Below, piece by piece: positions 29,763 to 44,904 of a DNA stretch of 64,000 nucleotides. Below the pieces are notes generated by a model. It was not told the origin of the DNA. It searched no databases and worked only from the letters and a program-made list of their open reading frames with translations. The stretch is from positions 80,910,001 to 80,974,000 of the forward strand of contig OX597825.1 in assembly GCA_951406725.2 (NCBI GenBank), written 5' to 3'. The DNA comes from Octopus vulgaris (taxonomy: Eukaryota). Position 1 is the stretch's first letter. Every line of letters begins with the position of its first letter. A program made the translations under genes and the position numbers.

Positions 29763-29995
29763 TATTTTTTTACTACCCACAAGGAGCTAAACACAGAGGG
29801 GACAAACAAGGACAGACAAACGGATTAAGTCGATTACATCGACCCCAGTGCGTAACTGGTACTTAATTTATCGACCCCGAAAGGATGAAAGGCAAAGTCG
29901 ACCTCGGCGGAATTTGAACTCAGAACGTAACGGCAGACGAAATACGGCTACGCATTTCGCCCGGTGTGCTAACGTTTCTGCCAGCTCGCCGCCTT
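29763..29995 (-). mobile_element. tRNA-derived SINE family B with a perfect 20-bp TSD
   Basis: Head aaggcggcgagctggcagaaacgttagc, B-box gagttcaaattcc; TTAACTCTATAACAAATATA at 29743-29762 and 29996-30015. Confidence 0.92.
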
Positions 29996-30015
29996 TTAAC
30001 TCTATAACAAATATA

Positions 30016-30335
30016 GTCATGAGAAGGGGACAGGTAATTAACAGCGAAGGGATCCAATTACCAGATGCCCAGACATTAAAATCATTGAAAAGAGGAGAGA
30101 GTTACAAGTATCTAGGGGTATTAGAATCTGACAGAGTACTAACTACGGAAATGAGAACGAAAATTGAGAAGGCGCAGGAGTGGCTGTGTGGTAAGTAGCT
30201 TGCTAACCAGCCACATGGTTGCGGGTTCAGTCCCACTGCGTGGAATCTTGGGCAAGTGTCTTTTGCTATAGCCCCGGGCCGACCAATGCCTTGTGAGTGG
30301 ATTTGGTAGACGGAAACTGAAATAAGCCTGTCGTA

Positions 30336-30424
<89 letters not shown>

Positions 30425-31514
30425 TTGTGTGTCTGTGTTTGTCCCGCTAGCATTGCTTGACAACCGATGCTGGTGTGTTTACGTCCCCGTCACTTAGCGG
30501 TTCGGCAAAAGAGACCGATAGAATAAGCACTGGGCTTACAAAGAATAAGTCCCGGGGTCGATTTGATCGACTAAAGGCGGTGCTCCAGCATGGCCGCAGT
30601 CAAATGACTGAAACAAGTAAAAGAGTAAAAGAGTAAAAGAGAGAGTAAGGAATACATCAGAAGTGTGAAGAAGCTAATGAAGTCAAATCTGAATCCAGTG
30701 AAGTCTGAATCTAGTGAAGGCTGTTAATACTTGGGCAGTATCATCACTTAGATACTCAGTGGCTTTTGTAGATTGGACGAAAACTGAATTAGCAAAAAGC
30801 TAGACAGAAAAGTTAGGAAGAAATTCAATTTGAATGGAGGACTCCACTTAAGAGCAGGAGTAGCGCGATTATTCCTACTTAGAAAGAAGGCGGAAGAGGG
30901 TTGATATCAATAGAAGATAGCGTGGAGTTAGCTAGAGTAGATATAAATTCCTATGTAGGTAATAGTGAAGAAAGTTTGTTAAAAGCTGCAAGAATCACAG
31001 CAAAACACAGGGAAACCGAGCGAAGTTAAAAACCAGAAAAAAGGACAGAAATTATCTGACTTGTAGGAGAAGGCGTTGCATGGTAGATTCCAAAAGAGAG
31101 TTGCAGCAAGTAGTTGTAGTGAGACATAGTTGTAATTGCAGAAAGGAAAGCTGTACCGGGATACAGAAATTTTGTTAGTAGCTGCACAAGATCAAGCATT
31201 AAGGACTAATTGGATGAAAGCCAAGAAGACTAAAACGAAGTAGATTCCCAATGTAGATTATGCAAATCAAAAGAGGAAAGCGTTACTCATATAGTAAGTG
31301 AATGTAGCATTCTAGCAAACAAAGAATACAAGAAAAGACATGACAATCTAGGGAGAGTAAATCACTGGGAGTGATGTAGAAAGCTAGGATTTGAACATAC
31401 TGATAAATGGTATGAACATGAATCTAGTAAAGTACTAGAAAGTAAGAAATACAAGATTTTGTGAGACTTAAAGTTCAGACTGAGAGAATAATAGAAGCTA
31501 GAAGGCTTGATTTG

Positions 31515-31548
<34 letters not shown>

Positions 31549-31900
31549 ATAATGAGAATAGAATATGCCAGATAATGGACTTTATAGTCCTAAATGATGG
31601 AAACGTTAATATGAGAAGTATAGAAAAAATAGCAAAGGACCAGGACCTATCCATTGAATTACAGAGACTATGGAAAATGCGGGTAAAATGTATCCTAGTA
31701 GTAATAGGTTCATTGGAAACTATCCCTAAAGATTCGAACAGATGGATAGAGGAAATAGGCATGGAACCCAGTTTAGTACAGCTGCAGAAAACAATGTTAT
31801 TAGGGACAGGTAGGATACTTAGGAGGGTTCTTGGCATCTAAGGTTACTTATTGTAATCCGATGTTAGAATTCTTTTCTTTTCCAGCAGTCTAATCTGTTG
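30016..31900 (+). pseudogene. Decayed 5'-truncated R4/Dong-like retrotransposon (RT thumb to RLE), interrupted by a SINE
   Basis: Translations ESYKYLGVLE, LVAAQDQALRTN, CRLC..ESVTHIVSEC, KRHDNLGR, EARRLDLV, VVIGSLETIPK, LLGTGRILRRVL are colinear with the intact ORF; many stops and frameshifts; followed by (GAT)n(TAA)n. Confidence 0.85.
30170..30643 (+). mobile_element. tRNA-derived SINE family A, full length, with internal (TA)n(TG)n
   Basis: A-box tggctgtgtggt, B-box-like ggttcagtccc, cttgggcaagt core, (AAAAGAGT)n tail; many near-identical copies in the window. Confidence 0.9.
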
Positions 31901-31914
31901 AGTATATATGATGG

Positions 31915-31972
<58 letters not shown>

Positions 31973-31991
31973 AATAATAATAATAATAATA

Positions 31992-32043
<52 letters not shown>

Positions 32044-32599
32044 GTGCCCTGATGCAGTACCAGGCAGTGGCTCTCATGGCTTCTGATCTTAACTGATTGG
32101 AAGTGTTATCATGTACATTGTTTTGTCTTGGTATAAAAGATGGACTACAGCAAATATTCTGCTCAATACCACAGATTTGCTTGTCAGTTGTTTGACCTTA
32201 ACCAGTTGAGCATGTCCCTGAGTGGCTGACGATATGTGCATCTCTGATCACGAGCAGAAGTAGTGGGGGAGCATCATAGCCATGTGTTGAGAAGGATTCT
32301 TTGGGGTTTGAATGATTCTCCTCTGGAAACATGGATGTTTCGTTCAACGTCCTTAAACAACCCTTATTCAGGGACCTTTTGAGCGGGATGGGTTACTCGA
32401 TCTGAAGAAAATTCTAACTGGGCTCCACCTGCAAGGTCATGTGCTGTTTATCTTGATATGAGATCACCATGTCGTGCACATATGGTTGTGATGCATGTGC
32501 CTGGTGTACCCTTATCAGACGGGTAGTCATGATGGGTATACTGGGCTTCGTATATTTTACCCCAGTGTCACTTTGATGGCATGCTCTGCTCACTCACTC

Positions 32600-32600
<1 letters not shown>
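32044..32600. mobile_element. Unclassified ~557-bp non-coding element bounded by (TAA)n on both sides
   Basis: Sharp transitions to TAA arrays at both ends, higher GC than the surroundings, no long ORF. Confidence 0.55.
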
Positions 32601-32688
<88 letters not shown>

Positions 32689-32733
32689 TAATAATAATAA
32701 TAATAATAATAATAGTAATAATAATAATAATAA

Positions 32734-32875
32734 TTTCTACTATAGGCACAAGGCCTGAAATTTGGAGTGAGGGGACTAGTCGATTACATCGACCCCAGTG
32801 TTTTACTGGTACTTAATTTATCGACCCTGAAAGGATGAAAGGTAGAGTCGACCACGGTGGAATTTGAACTCAGAG
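32734..32875 (-). mobile_element. SINE family B 3' part whose tail runs into (TTA)n
   Basis: ttctactataggcacaaggcctgaaa tail variant plus body; abuts the TAA array 32600-32733. Confidence 0.8.
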
Positions 32876-33117
32876 TCGGAAGAAATACATCAAAGCATTA
32901 GCTTTTCTAATTTCAGCAATTTTCCATGCCAAGGGATCAATAAAAACCAACGCCCTCAGTACACGACTGGTATCGTATACTATGAACCTCCGGTCGCATG
33001 AATGACAAATTCGATCTCGGTTAGTATTTGAATTCCCATTATTAATAATAATTTAGACGCAAGGATATCTTGAAGCAACATTCTACAAATGCAACACCTT
33101 TACTGTTAATACACCAT

Positions 33118-33474
33118 TACGATGGCGACGATGACGACGATGACGATGATGATAGTAATGGTGATGATGGTGATAATGATGATGTTGGTGGTGATGACGA
33201 TGATGACGACGACGATGATGATGATGAAGTTGATAATGATGATGATGGTGATGACAGTGATGATGTGGACGATGATGATGATGATGATGATAATGATGAT
33301 GATGATGATGATGATGATGATATTTGTGGTGGCGATGATGACGACGACGACGCTGATGAAGTAGGTAATGATGATGATGATGATGATGATGATATCGACG
33401 ACGACAACGACGATGAAGATGATAGTGACAGTGATAATAATGAAACTAATAACAGCAACAACAACGATGACGGC

Positions 33475-33505
<31 letters not shown>

Positions 33506-33590
33506 ATGATGATGATGATGATAATGATGATAATGATGATGATGATGATCATCATAATGATGTTGATGATGCTGACGATGATGATGGAGA
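33118..33590. repeat. (GAT)n degenerate tract
   Basis: Direct inspection. Confidence 0.97.
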
Positions 33591-34044
33591 AAGCATTTGT
33601 TTTCTAGTCGTAATGAAATCGCTTGCAAAGCTTCAGGAAATGACGAGGAACAAACCAAAATGTAAAAATAAACAGGAAAAAAAAGAAATTCTATGTCTAG
33701 TTCGAAAATGGACAAATTCTTCCGCCAGATATCGTCTTGAACTAGAAATGGCATATCAAGTATAATATATCATTATTTGAGATCTTTATCTCTGTTAAGT
33801 AGCTTAAAGGTTTTAAGTTCGGCTTATTGAGCGTCGCGACGAAATAGCCTAGACTCCCCTCCGTGATCTTTAACCCACGCCGTGGTTTAGATTTCCAGAA
33901 ACACATTGCTTTATTGTTTGAGGATGGCATTGTTTATCGGTCTGCTGCTTCTTGCGTAAAATCGAATCAATAGAAATCTAGTTTGGAGCTAATGCAAGAG
34001 TCAAAATGTTAAAACAAAACATGACTTGTTATCTAAATAGAAAT

Positions 34045-34445
34045 AACGGCGCCAGGTTTAGAGCGAACTGGCGGAAGGCAAACGCACAGAAGGTGAACAG
34101 AAAAAGCGGTTCAAGGACACACTGTTCAAGTGTCACTGAAGAGATTTGAGATGAAACCTGATCCCTGGGAAATGCAAGCACAACACCGCCCTCCCTGTCG
34201 AAGATGGACTGACCTCCTACGACAACAACAAAATTGCAGGGGCACAAAAAAAAAAAAATGCGGACAACGCAAGCCTAAAGTCAACAGCGTGCCTTTTGTG
34301 CCAACAGACCACCAGTGCCTGACCTGCGACAAAGGCTTCCAAGTACGCATCGGGCTGATTGGCCACAGCTGGACACACCGTGGCCCGTCTTCTTTTTATT
34401 CCATGCGATGTCCTTGATCATCGTCGACAACGACGGACGAACTAA
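34045..34445 (+). mobile_element. RTE-clade LINE 3' end
   Basis: ELAEGKRTEGEQKKRFKDT then CLTCDKGFQVRIGLIGHSWTH, the RTE C-terminal C2H2-like motif, plus a short 3' UTR. Confidence 0.8.
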
Positions 34446-35119
34446 TAAAGGCATCAATAAAACACAAAAAGACAAAAAAATCTGTCTAGGAATCTTAAAG
34501 TTATTTAACATTTATTGTTGTCTGATGTCTTCAGAGAAAGCCGCTTTAATGGCGACAATCTTTGCCAACATATTTTCTTTTATGTACTGTTTGTTGTGGT
34601 TTGTGTCTCCTTTTTCTCCTACTGTTGCTGCGGCTGCTGCTGCGGCTGCTGCTGTTGCTGTTGACGGTGGATGACTTCAGATAAGCGCTAACCAATCATT
34701 ATCTACCAGTGAGAATTTACAAAAAGCAAAAGACGAAGACGGGTGTGTAAAGGACAAACAGACGTATTAGTTTAACGCTCAGGAATAGAAAAAGTCTTTT
34801 AAGTTCCGCGCCTACGCCTTTCGACAGAAAGGTACACAGAAATAAACAGGGAGAGAAAATAGAAAGAGTGGCTAGCGATCTATCCAGGCATGACAGAAAA
34901 ACTTCTCATCTTTTACTTTGCCATTGATGTAGCGCTGGTGAAGTTAAACATGTGGTAACGGTATCTTCATGTAGCTACTGTCTTACCTTTGGCTTTCACT
35001 TACTTTCATGGTTTGGGCCGATGTACACCGTACATTTTTTATTGAAAAGGTTTATCAATAATAGTGAATATAACCGTTTTGAACATGTATAATCAAACAT
35101 ATTTCACAAAGCCAGCAAA

Positions 35120-35340
35120 TTCACCACAACTTTCTCTCACTCTTTCTTCCTTTTTCTGTTGTACCTGTATTTCAAAGGGGCCAGCCTTGTCACACTCTGT
35201 GTCACGCTGAATCTCCCCGAGAACTACGTTAAGGGTACACGTGTCTGTGGATTGCTCAGACACTTGCACGTTAATTTCACGAGCAGGCTGTTGCGCTGAT
35301 GATATCAGCTGGAACCCTCGTCGTCGTAACCGACGGAGTA

Positions 35341-35342
<2 letters not shown>
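35120..35342 (+). mobile_element. SINE family C 3' part
   Basis: Reverse complement of 8340-8560. Confidence 0.85.
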
Positions 35343-35402
<60 letters not shown>

Positions 35403-37267
35403 TCTCCTGGAATATGACTACAGGTTATTTTACTCGTGTGCTAGATTCGGTCTTTCACCTGTAGCTATGCTGAGGCATATTCTTGAAGGGTGTGGCAGGT
35501 GGATTGTCATTTGACCCAGGATGATAAAGAGAGGAACGCATACTTTGAGTTTGCAGCACCAAATGTACACCCTGATTATAGACTCATGATTGGACGTTGA
35601 AAATAAACCGGTGTCTCTCAGTAAAAAGTCACCTCTAAACAGAAAATCGGTGACCAATTACTTACGTCACACCAAAAACCGAAAACTGACCGATAGGCAA
35701 AATATGAAGATACTTCGATTTTAGAATCAGTCTTTACATCCTTATGTAACCTTGATTCCTTTTGGAATCGGTAAAATATAGTACCAGTGAAATACTTGGG
35801 TCGATTGCATTACCAGACGGCGTACCAACAAAACAGTTATTAAATCCTAAATGAAACAGTAAGGAAGCCTACAAGTTCTTCCTTAACCTGTGGAAGAAAG
35901 GGCAAGGCCTAGGAAAATCTTCAGGGCCTTCAAGACTAATGCGACGAAGGTATCCCTAAAGCGGGCCTGGAGTAAATGTTTATATGAGAGTGATCCCTTT
36001 TAATAAAGACATCCAAGGTGCGGGAGATGGTGTTAAAGTAGATGACAGAGTAAGTCGTCAACCAGCCTAGTAGGGTTATGGCAGGATCTGAAGTCAGAAT
36101 GCAAAGAACCAGCACAGATATCGCAAAGAATTTCGACCCATACTCTAACGATTCCGCCATTCTTTCCTCTGTTCTAGAGATGCATTTTATTTTATCGATT
36201 CCAAACAGATAAAAGACGAAGATGACCTTACAGAATTTGAAACCTGAAAGCGAGGGAACGTACTTAATACTGGACAACGTTTTGTTCGATTCTTCAGCAG
36301 CCTCTGTTAATTCACTGCTATGATATAGGGCCGCCAAATGTGATTGTTGTCTTGTAAACACAACCACATATTCGATAATACGGCCCCAGATACATTTCGC
36401 CCGAGATAAACCCCGTGATGTTATAGAAGCAAAGTATCTTTCTTGTCATACCGTCTTATAAAACATACGTTGGATAACGTAGACCTAGATAGACTTAGTC
36501 AGAAATAAAAGATGGGAAGTCATGTTTATAATTTTGATAATTCATTGCATAATTTTGAAGGAGAGTGTCTTTGTTATTTTAGCCCTCGTTTTATGAAAAG
36601 TACCTATTGTATAATGTAGTCCTTGATACACTTTGCCGAAGACAAAAGATATGAAATTCACGGTTGGAATACTCTTGGTCATAGTTTTTCTTAGACAGGC
36701 TCATTTGAGGTCTCGACGCACAATAGTAAAATATCAGATCAGGTGAGTCTAAATTACGTGAAATAACATTCGGAAACAAATTTAAATGTCTGTGGAGATA
36801 ACTGAAGGAATATTAAAAGAAAAATATACTAAAACATGAACAGATACGTTCAAAAAACAAATTCTTATGCAAAGAACTATCGGCACCAACCATGGTAACA
36901 AAAGAATGAACGTCTTATAAATAGACCTGAGGCAGAAAACCAAAACACACACTACGTCACTTACTGAAGAATTACAAAATGAAATACAATTACGAATTAT
37001 TCCAACTAAACCAAAGCCAAGATTATTTGGCCTGTAGGGAAAAAAATATCAAAAGAATTCAGTATTTGAAACTACATAGATTATTCTTTTTGAAAAAAAA
37101 AGATAGAAAGAAAGAAAAAGCATTTTTAGTTGAAAAATAAATGGAAGAATTGATGAAGAATAATTCCGTGTACAATGAAGCATTCGTCTAAGTTCACCAT
37201 TAATACAGGTAATCAGCTTGGACAGGATTTCTTTTTATGCGAGTGCTTCAGGTAGTTCAAGAGAGGA

Positions 37268-38690
<1,423 letters not shown>

Positions 38691-38884
38691 AAGTTTGGGC
38701 CCGGGTTCAAATTGCCTTTCATCGTTTCGAGGTACCAATTGAACATTGGGGTCGCTGCAATCGACTAACGGTCGTCCTTGAAATTGCTGGTGTTGTGCTA
38801 AAAGTTGAAATCAATATTATTATTTTACATAAGTTATTAATACTAGCAGTAGTAACAGCAGCAGTTGTTGTAATAGTAGTAGTT

Positions 38885-39410
38885 GTAAGAAGAAGAAAAG
38901 GAAGACGTCGACGACGAAGAGGAAGAACCATTATATGAGTTGTAGGAGAAAAGCGAAAGAAGACGAGTGGCAGGAAGAGTAGAATAAGAAGAAGAAATAA
39001 AGACGAACAGGGGGAAATGATGTGTTCTGGTCGGATGAGAAGGAAGCGTAGAAGAAGAAGAAGAAGAAGAAGGAGAAGAAGAAGGAGAAGAAGAAAAAGA
39101 AGAAGGAGGAGGAGAAGAATAAGAATAAAGAGAAGAAGAAGAAGAAGAAGAGGAGGAGGAGAAAGACGAAGAAGAAATGAAGAGGAAAAACAAGAAACTA
39201 CAACGAAGATGGCGACCAAGAGAAGAAATATGAAGGCGGATTGTAGTTGAAGAAGGAGACTGCAATTGAAGAAGACGCCGAGGAAGGAGACGAAGAATCA
39301 ATCGAAGAAGAAGAAGAAGAAGAAGAAGAAGAAGAAGAAGAAGAAGAAGAAGAAGAATTGGAAGAAGAAGAAGAAGAAGAAGAAGAAGAAGAAGAAGAAG
39401 AAGAAGAAAG
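38885..39410. repeat. (GAA)n-rich tract
   Basis: Direct inspection. Confidence 0.97.
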
Positions 39411-39996
39411 ATAGTTGTCGAAGAAGACATAGAATATAACAGGAAGGTGTATATACAGACACACACACATATATATATATATATACAAGGTATATGTAAA
39501 TTCTTTATGCATGTATATATATATATATATATATGTATAGAATGCTCGGTAATGGGAGACCTTTCCGTGGCCTCATGTCAAGTTGATGCTTCAGCCATTA
39601 TTACGAAATATATCGCATTAACCGAAGAATCTATCGACCAGTGCTGAACTCTTCTATCTTATTATCAACACTTCGTACAGTCATTCCAAACTATAAATTA
39701 TTTTGGTTGCTTGAAGCATTCTGAATCTCAAAATGCGATTCTTCCAGTAGAAATATAATTGTCTTCAACAAGAAATAAAATTTTCTTCCTATAAATGTTT
39801 GTATCAGAAAGAGACAATTTTAATTAAGACCCAGCCAAGAATACGTTTTCACACTGTTGATATTGCTGTTGTTGTTGTTGTCTAAAAGATCCTCGACGCA
39901 GTTACTAGATCAGCTAGAAATAACAGTCAAATCTCTCATATCACATTCTGATGCCTTTCAGATATTCTTATAGGATAATGCTGACCTGATAATACT

Positions 39997-40336
39997 GAGA
40001 CCCCGCCTCGGTCATGACTGACCATGGGATTGCTCCTAGAAAGTTACCCTCCCAGGCACAAGTCCGGGTAAGGTTGTTTATGGAAGGCCAGCAGTCGCCC
40101 ATGCATACCAGCCTTCCCTCTCCATGCCACTGATGTTATCCAAGGGAAAGGCAAAGGGGCCGATACAGCTTGGCACCCGTGACGTCGCAACTCATTTCTA
40201 CAGCTGAGTGAACTGGAGCAATGTGAAATAAAGTGTCTTGCTCAAGAACACAACACGTAGCCCGGTCCGGGATTCGAACTCACAACCTCACGATCGTAAG
40301 CTCGACGCTCTAACCACTGAGCCATGCGCCTTCACA
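39997..40336 (-). mobile_element. tRNA-derived SINE sharing the family D head, different 3' half, 14-bp TSD
   Basis: tggctcagtggttagagc / gagttcgaatccc; gacctgataatact (39983-39996) and gacctgatgatact (40337-40350). Confidence 0.88.
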
Positions 40337-40759
40337 GACCTGATGATACTATAACTAAAACTAAGATAATGATTGTTACAGCACAAACAAATTTGTTTTT
40401 CGGTCTGTTGCGTTCGTGTTATATTCAGAATTGGTTGCGCACTCGAACAGTTGAGTATTCGGTTCCACTGGGTTGCGCATTTAGATTTTATTAACGGCAA
40501 ATAAAACCTATTTTCCCTGACATCGATGAAATATCCAACCATAATACAGTTATTGTTTAGCCTTTAGCCAGAAATGATTCAGTGGAACCGAAAGCAAAGA
40601 CGTTTACGTAATTTTTCCCAGGTATTCTATATGAAAGTCTAAATTAACGATTGTAGCTATTCACCTCTTCGGCAATTAAACCATTCCCAGCTATCTTGTT
40701 AAGCGGCATTAATGTTCGTACGCATGTATGTGTGTATGTATGTATGTATACATATATGT

Positions 40760-40960
40760 ATGTGTCTGTGTTTGTCCCCCGTCATCGCTTAACAACCGAT
40801 GTTGGTGTGTTTACGTCCCCATAATTCAGCTGTTCGGCAAAAGAGACCGATAGAATAAGTACACGGCTTACAAAGAATAAGTCCTAAGGTCGATTTGTTC
40901 AACTAAAGGTGGTGCTCTAGAATGGCCGCAGTCAAATGACTGAAACAAGTAAAAGAAAGA
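40760..40960 (+). mobile_element. SINE family A, 3' half
   Basis: tttgtcccc...gactgaaacaagtaaaag. Confidence 0.85.
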
Positions 40961-41031
40961 ATATGTATGAATATGTATGTATGTGTGTGTTGTATATATG
41001 TATGTATGTATGTACGTATGTATGCATCTAT

Positions 41032-41102
<71 letters not shown>

Positions 41103-41350
41103 CCTTATGTTTGTCTGTCTCTATCCATCGATCAATGTGTCTGTCTATCCATGGAGGAGTAGTACCGTGGAATGTAAAGTCTTTGGAGTTTTAACAAGCC
41201 GAACCATCGCTGACTCTTGACCTCATGGCTGATGAGGGGATTTCCATGCTTCTCTTTGGCTTTTAAAAGTAATCATTTTCAAATCCCAGTTCGATTTCTT
41301 TTGTCATATTCATATTTATACACACACACACGCACACGCACACGCACACG

Positions 41351-41386
<36 letters not shown>

Positions 41387-41501
41387 TATATACACGCACA
41401 CAAACACACACAAACACCCGCATACATGTAATTTGCTTGAAGATATTGTTCACCTGCAGGTGAAAATCTGAGCAGCAAGAGATCGACTCGAGCAAAATGT
41501 A

Positions 41502-41504
<3 letters not shown>

Positions 41505-41569
<65 letters not shown>

Positions 41570-41609
41570 TAAATAGATACAGGTGTACACACATGCGCAC
41601 ACACACACG

Positions 41610-41643
<34 letters not shown>

Positions 41644-41880
41644 CACAAATAAATAGATAAACGTGTACACACATGCGCACATACACACGCACACACACGC
41701 ACACACACACACACACACACACAAAGACACACACACACAAATAAATAGATACACGTGTACACACATGCGCACACACACACACATACACACACACACAAAC
41801 ACACACACACACACACAAATAAATAGATACACGTGTACACACATGCGCACACACACACGCACACACACACACACACTCAC
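41505..41880 (+). repeat. Higher-order ~80-90 bp minisatellite built on (CA)n
   Basis: aaataaatagatacacgtgtacacacatgcgc recurs near 41567, 41647, 41739 and 41817. Confidence 0.9.
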
Positions 41881-42120
41881 ATATACGCCCTCCACCACAC
41901 CCTTAATTTCCAGTGACGAGATGGTTTTATAAAAACTGTAAAGGGTTTTATGCTAAAAAAATCCCAATGTTTTTAATGAGGTCATTTGAACGACCGTTAT
42001 GAAGAACTCGGAATATCAATAACTCATTTCTTGTGATTACTTCAACACACGCTGCGTGCACGCACACACAAATACTCATAAGCACACGCAAACACACACA
42101 CTTGAACAAACGTACACACC

Positions 42121-42151
<31 letters not shown>

Positions 42152-43141
42152 ATTCACGCACGTACACACCTAAACTCACACATACGCTTATAATTATCTC
42201 ATTCATATTGAAAATTAAATGGCAAATCTGTATTGTATCGTGTTTACATTTCGGTCATTATTAAAATTGATAATTTGTTTTTGCTGTTTCAGCATCATTA
42301 ACGGTTCTTTTGTAAGTTTAAATATATAAAATAAAAATAAAATTATAAAAAACCCAAACATGAGGCAGGCGTGGCTTTGTGGTAAGAAAGTTGCTTTCCA
42401 ATTACATGGTTCCGGCTTCTGTGGAATCTTGGGCAAGTGTCTTTTACTTCATGGTGGAGCAAGTGTTTCATCATGTAGTTAGAAAAAGTCACTTCCTGCT
42501 TCTATTTTACCCATTTGTTTAAAAATTACCCGACGATGGTGGATTTTTTTGCCATGATGTAATCTAAGAATGCGTCGATAAAATGCTATCGAAACACTTG
42601 TGAATTTTGAACCATATTCTTCTTTATATATACATTGCACTTGGAACCACCCCTGAATTAGATTTATAGTTTATATTAGACGAGTTAATGTGTGTGTATG
42701 TGTGTGTCCTCCCTCTCACCGTTGTTTTGTTGTTTTGTTGTTTTGTTTGATGCATTAAATGCCAAATTTAAATAAAGAATACTGGGAGCGAATTCTTCGA
42801 CTCTAGCTCGCTAGATACATAGGTAGACAAAGTGATATCTATGTGTTTGTATGTGTGTGTTAGTGTGTGTGTATGTTTGTGTGTGCGCGTGCGTATGCAA
42901 TTTATTACTAAATTTATGGATAAATTTGAATATCCGGTGGCTGTTGAAAAAGCAAAATGAATCAGATGGACGGCATCTACTTAATTAATGAAAACATGAA
43001 AATATTTTGCGAAATTACAAAATTACATTCACACAGGCATACACACTCACGCACACATGTATATACATGTAAGTGTGTATACCTACATGTGTATATATAT
43101 TATTGCTTTTACTGTTCTGTCGTTATTTGATTTATCTATCC

Positions 43142-43250
<109 letters not shown>

Positions 43251-43338
43251 CCTATCTATTTATATATTTATTTATTTATTTGTCTATCTACCTACCTACC
43301 TACCTACCTACCTATCTACATACCTACCTATTTATTTG

Positions 43339-43387
<49 letters not shown>

Positions 43388-43734
43388 ATTCCATTACATT
43401 TTATTACACGATATCATATCATATTATGAAATCTCATATCTAATATTACATCGTTCGAACACCAGTTTAGATTTCCATAACTTCCATTTAAACACACCAT
43501 TAATCAGAGAGAAGAAAAAAAAGCTAGAAACGCATAACTTCAGCTTATTTTCCTTCTTTTCCGATATCAAGTAACTTCGATATTTTTAATTATAAAGGAT
43601 CACATTTCTCAAAAGTTTCCTTTCGTTTTGGGAGCGTTGCAGTACGATTTGGTCGGGCCTTGTCTATTAGTTCTAACGGGTCTACTGAGAACAAAGAGAT
43701 TCCTTTGTTTGTTGTTGTTTAGCTCAGGTCAGGT

Positions 43735-44047
43735 GTTGGGGCATGCGCCGTTGCAGCCGTTGTTGTATTCCCTATTTGTCGGTATATTCCAGGGTCCTCC
43801 CGAGCGACCCGTCGAGCAAAGTCTCGGTCAGTGCCCATCTCTGCGAGATATCTCCTCATCTGCCGTGACCACGTGGAATATGGTCAACCAACGCGAACCG
43901 TCAACCCAGCCGGACCCCCAGCGAAGGGAACACGGTAAGCAGTATCTAACTCGGAAAATCGAGCTGCGTGGCCTACCAACCTGAGCTGGCGCTCCCGAAT
44001 CACACAAGTAACAATCCATTTGATGTTCAGAATCTTGGATAACTCTA
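43735..44047 (-). mobile_element. RTE-like LINE 3' remnant
   Basis: SKILNIKW..VTCVIRERQLRLVGHAARF...VGRPRS-like translation across frames. Confidence 0.6.
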
Positions 44048-44055
44048 ATCTAGAA

Positions 44056-44090
44056 CAGTAGTTCCCAAACTTTTTTAGGCTGCCGCCCAC
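44056..44090 (+). mobile_element. hAT-Charlie-type terminal remnant
   Basis: cagtagttcccaaactttt directly after ATCTAGAA (44048-44055), which fits the NTCTAGAN target consensus. Confidence 0.55.
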
Positions 44091-44904
44091 TTGCTTGTTA
44101 CTAAACTCGAAACAATGTGATTACGAACCAAATCTCTTAACCAAACAGTCACGCTTGCTCACGTATTTTAATTGCTTTGGGGAAGACATCGGCGAAGCAT
44201 AAATCTATAGATAAGACATTCTTGCAGGATCAGCGTAATTGCCTGACAGAAGTAGTTTAGAATTCGTGACGAAGGAGATGATATGTTCCTGGCATTAATG
44301 CTAGATAATTGTGATAGAAAGTTTCTTGTACAGCTGTAGCTTAATATAATATTGTTCTTCTTGAACAATTTGTGATAACTATGGTTGACAGGTAATTGCA
44401 TACGTGCAAGGATAAACCAGTTTTTAGGTACGTATGTGCAAATGGTGAAAAGGAAATACAGTGGAGGTTGAAATATGGCACTTGACATTTGAGATGTTGT
44501 CGGGGGTCGGAATTGATAGCTTGCTCTTTGTGTAACAAAAAATTCATGCTTAAGTCATACAGGATGAACGCATTGTTGTAATGGAGGGGAACGTGTCGTT
44601 GAGAGGAAAATTAGTTGGGATGAGATATGGAGGTGGACCACATTTCGGCTAAGTTTTCTGATTCGTTCATCCTATGATGTTTTGATCGTCACCTACAAAC
44701 CTAGTAAGATGGAACGTCTCAGAGAACGATATATGCAAATGCGGAAAGGTCGGAACACTGAAACATATTCTTTCCAACTGTTCATTAGAATTTAACAGGT
44801 ATACTTGGAGACACAACCTGGTCCTTAAGGTTATCTTCAATGCTATAAAGAACCAAATTGATCTCAATAACAGTGTGAAAAAAAAACCCTTGAAAGTACC
44901 AACT

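Noticed and set aside
33070-33765. 231-aa acidic ORF
   Set aside because: GAT microsatellite with a TTG start and no recognisable domain.
40260-40334. tRNA genes (also 8645-8706 and 54335-54405)
   Set aside because: These are tRNA-like heads without a proper acceptor stem; at 40260 and 8645 they continue into SINE bodies, and 54335 is too degenerate.
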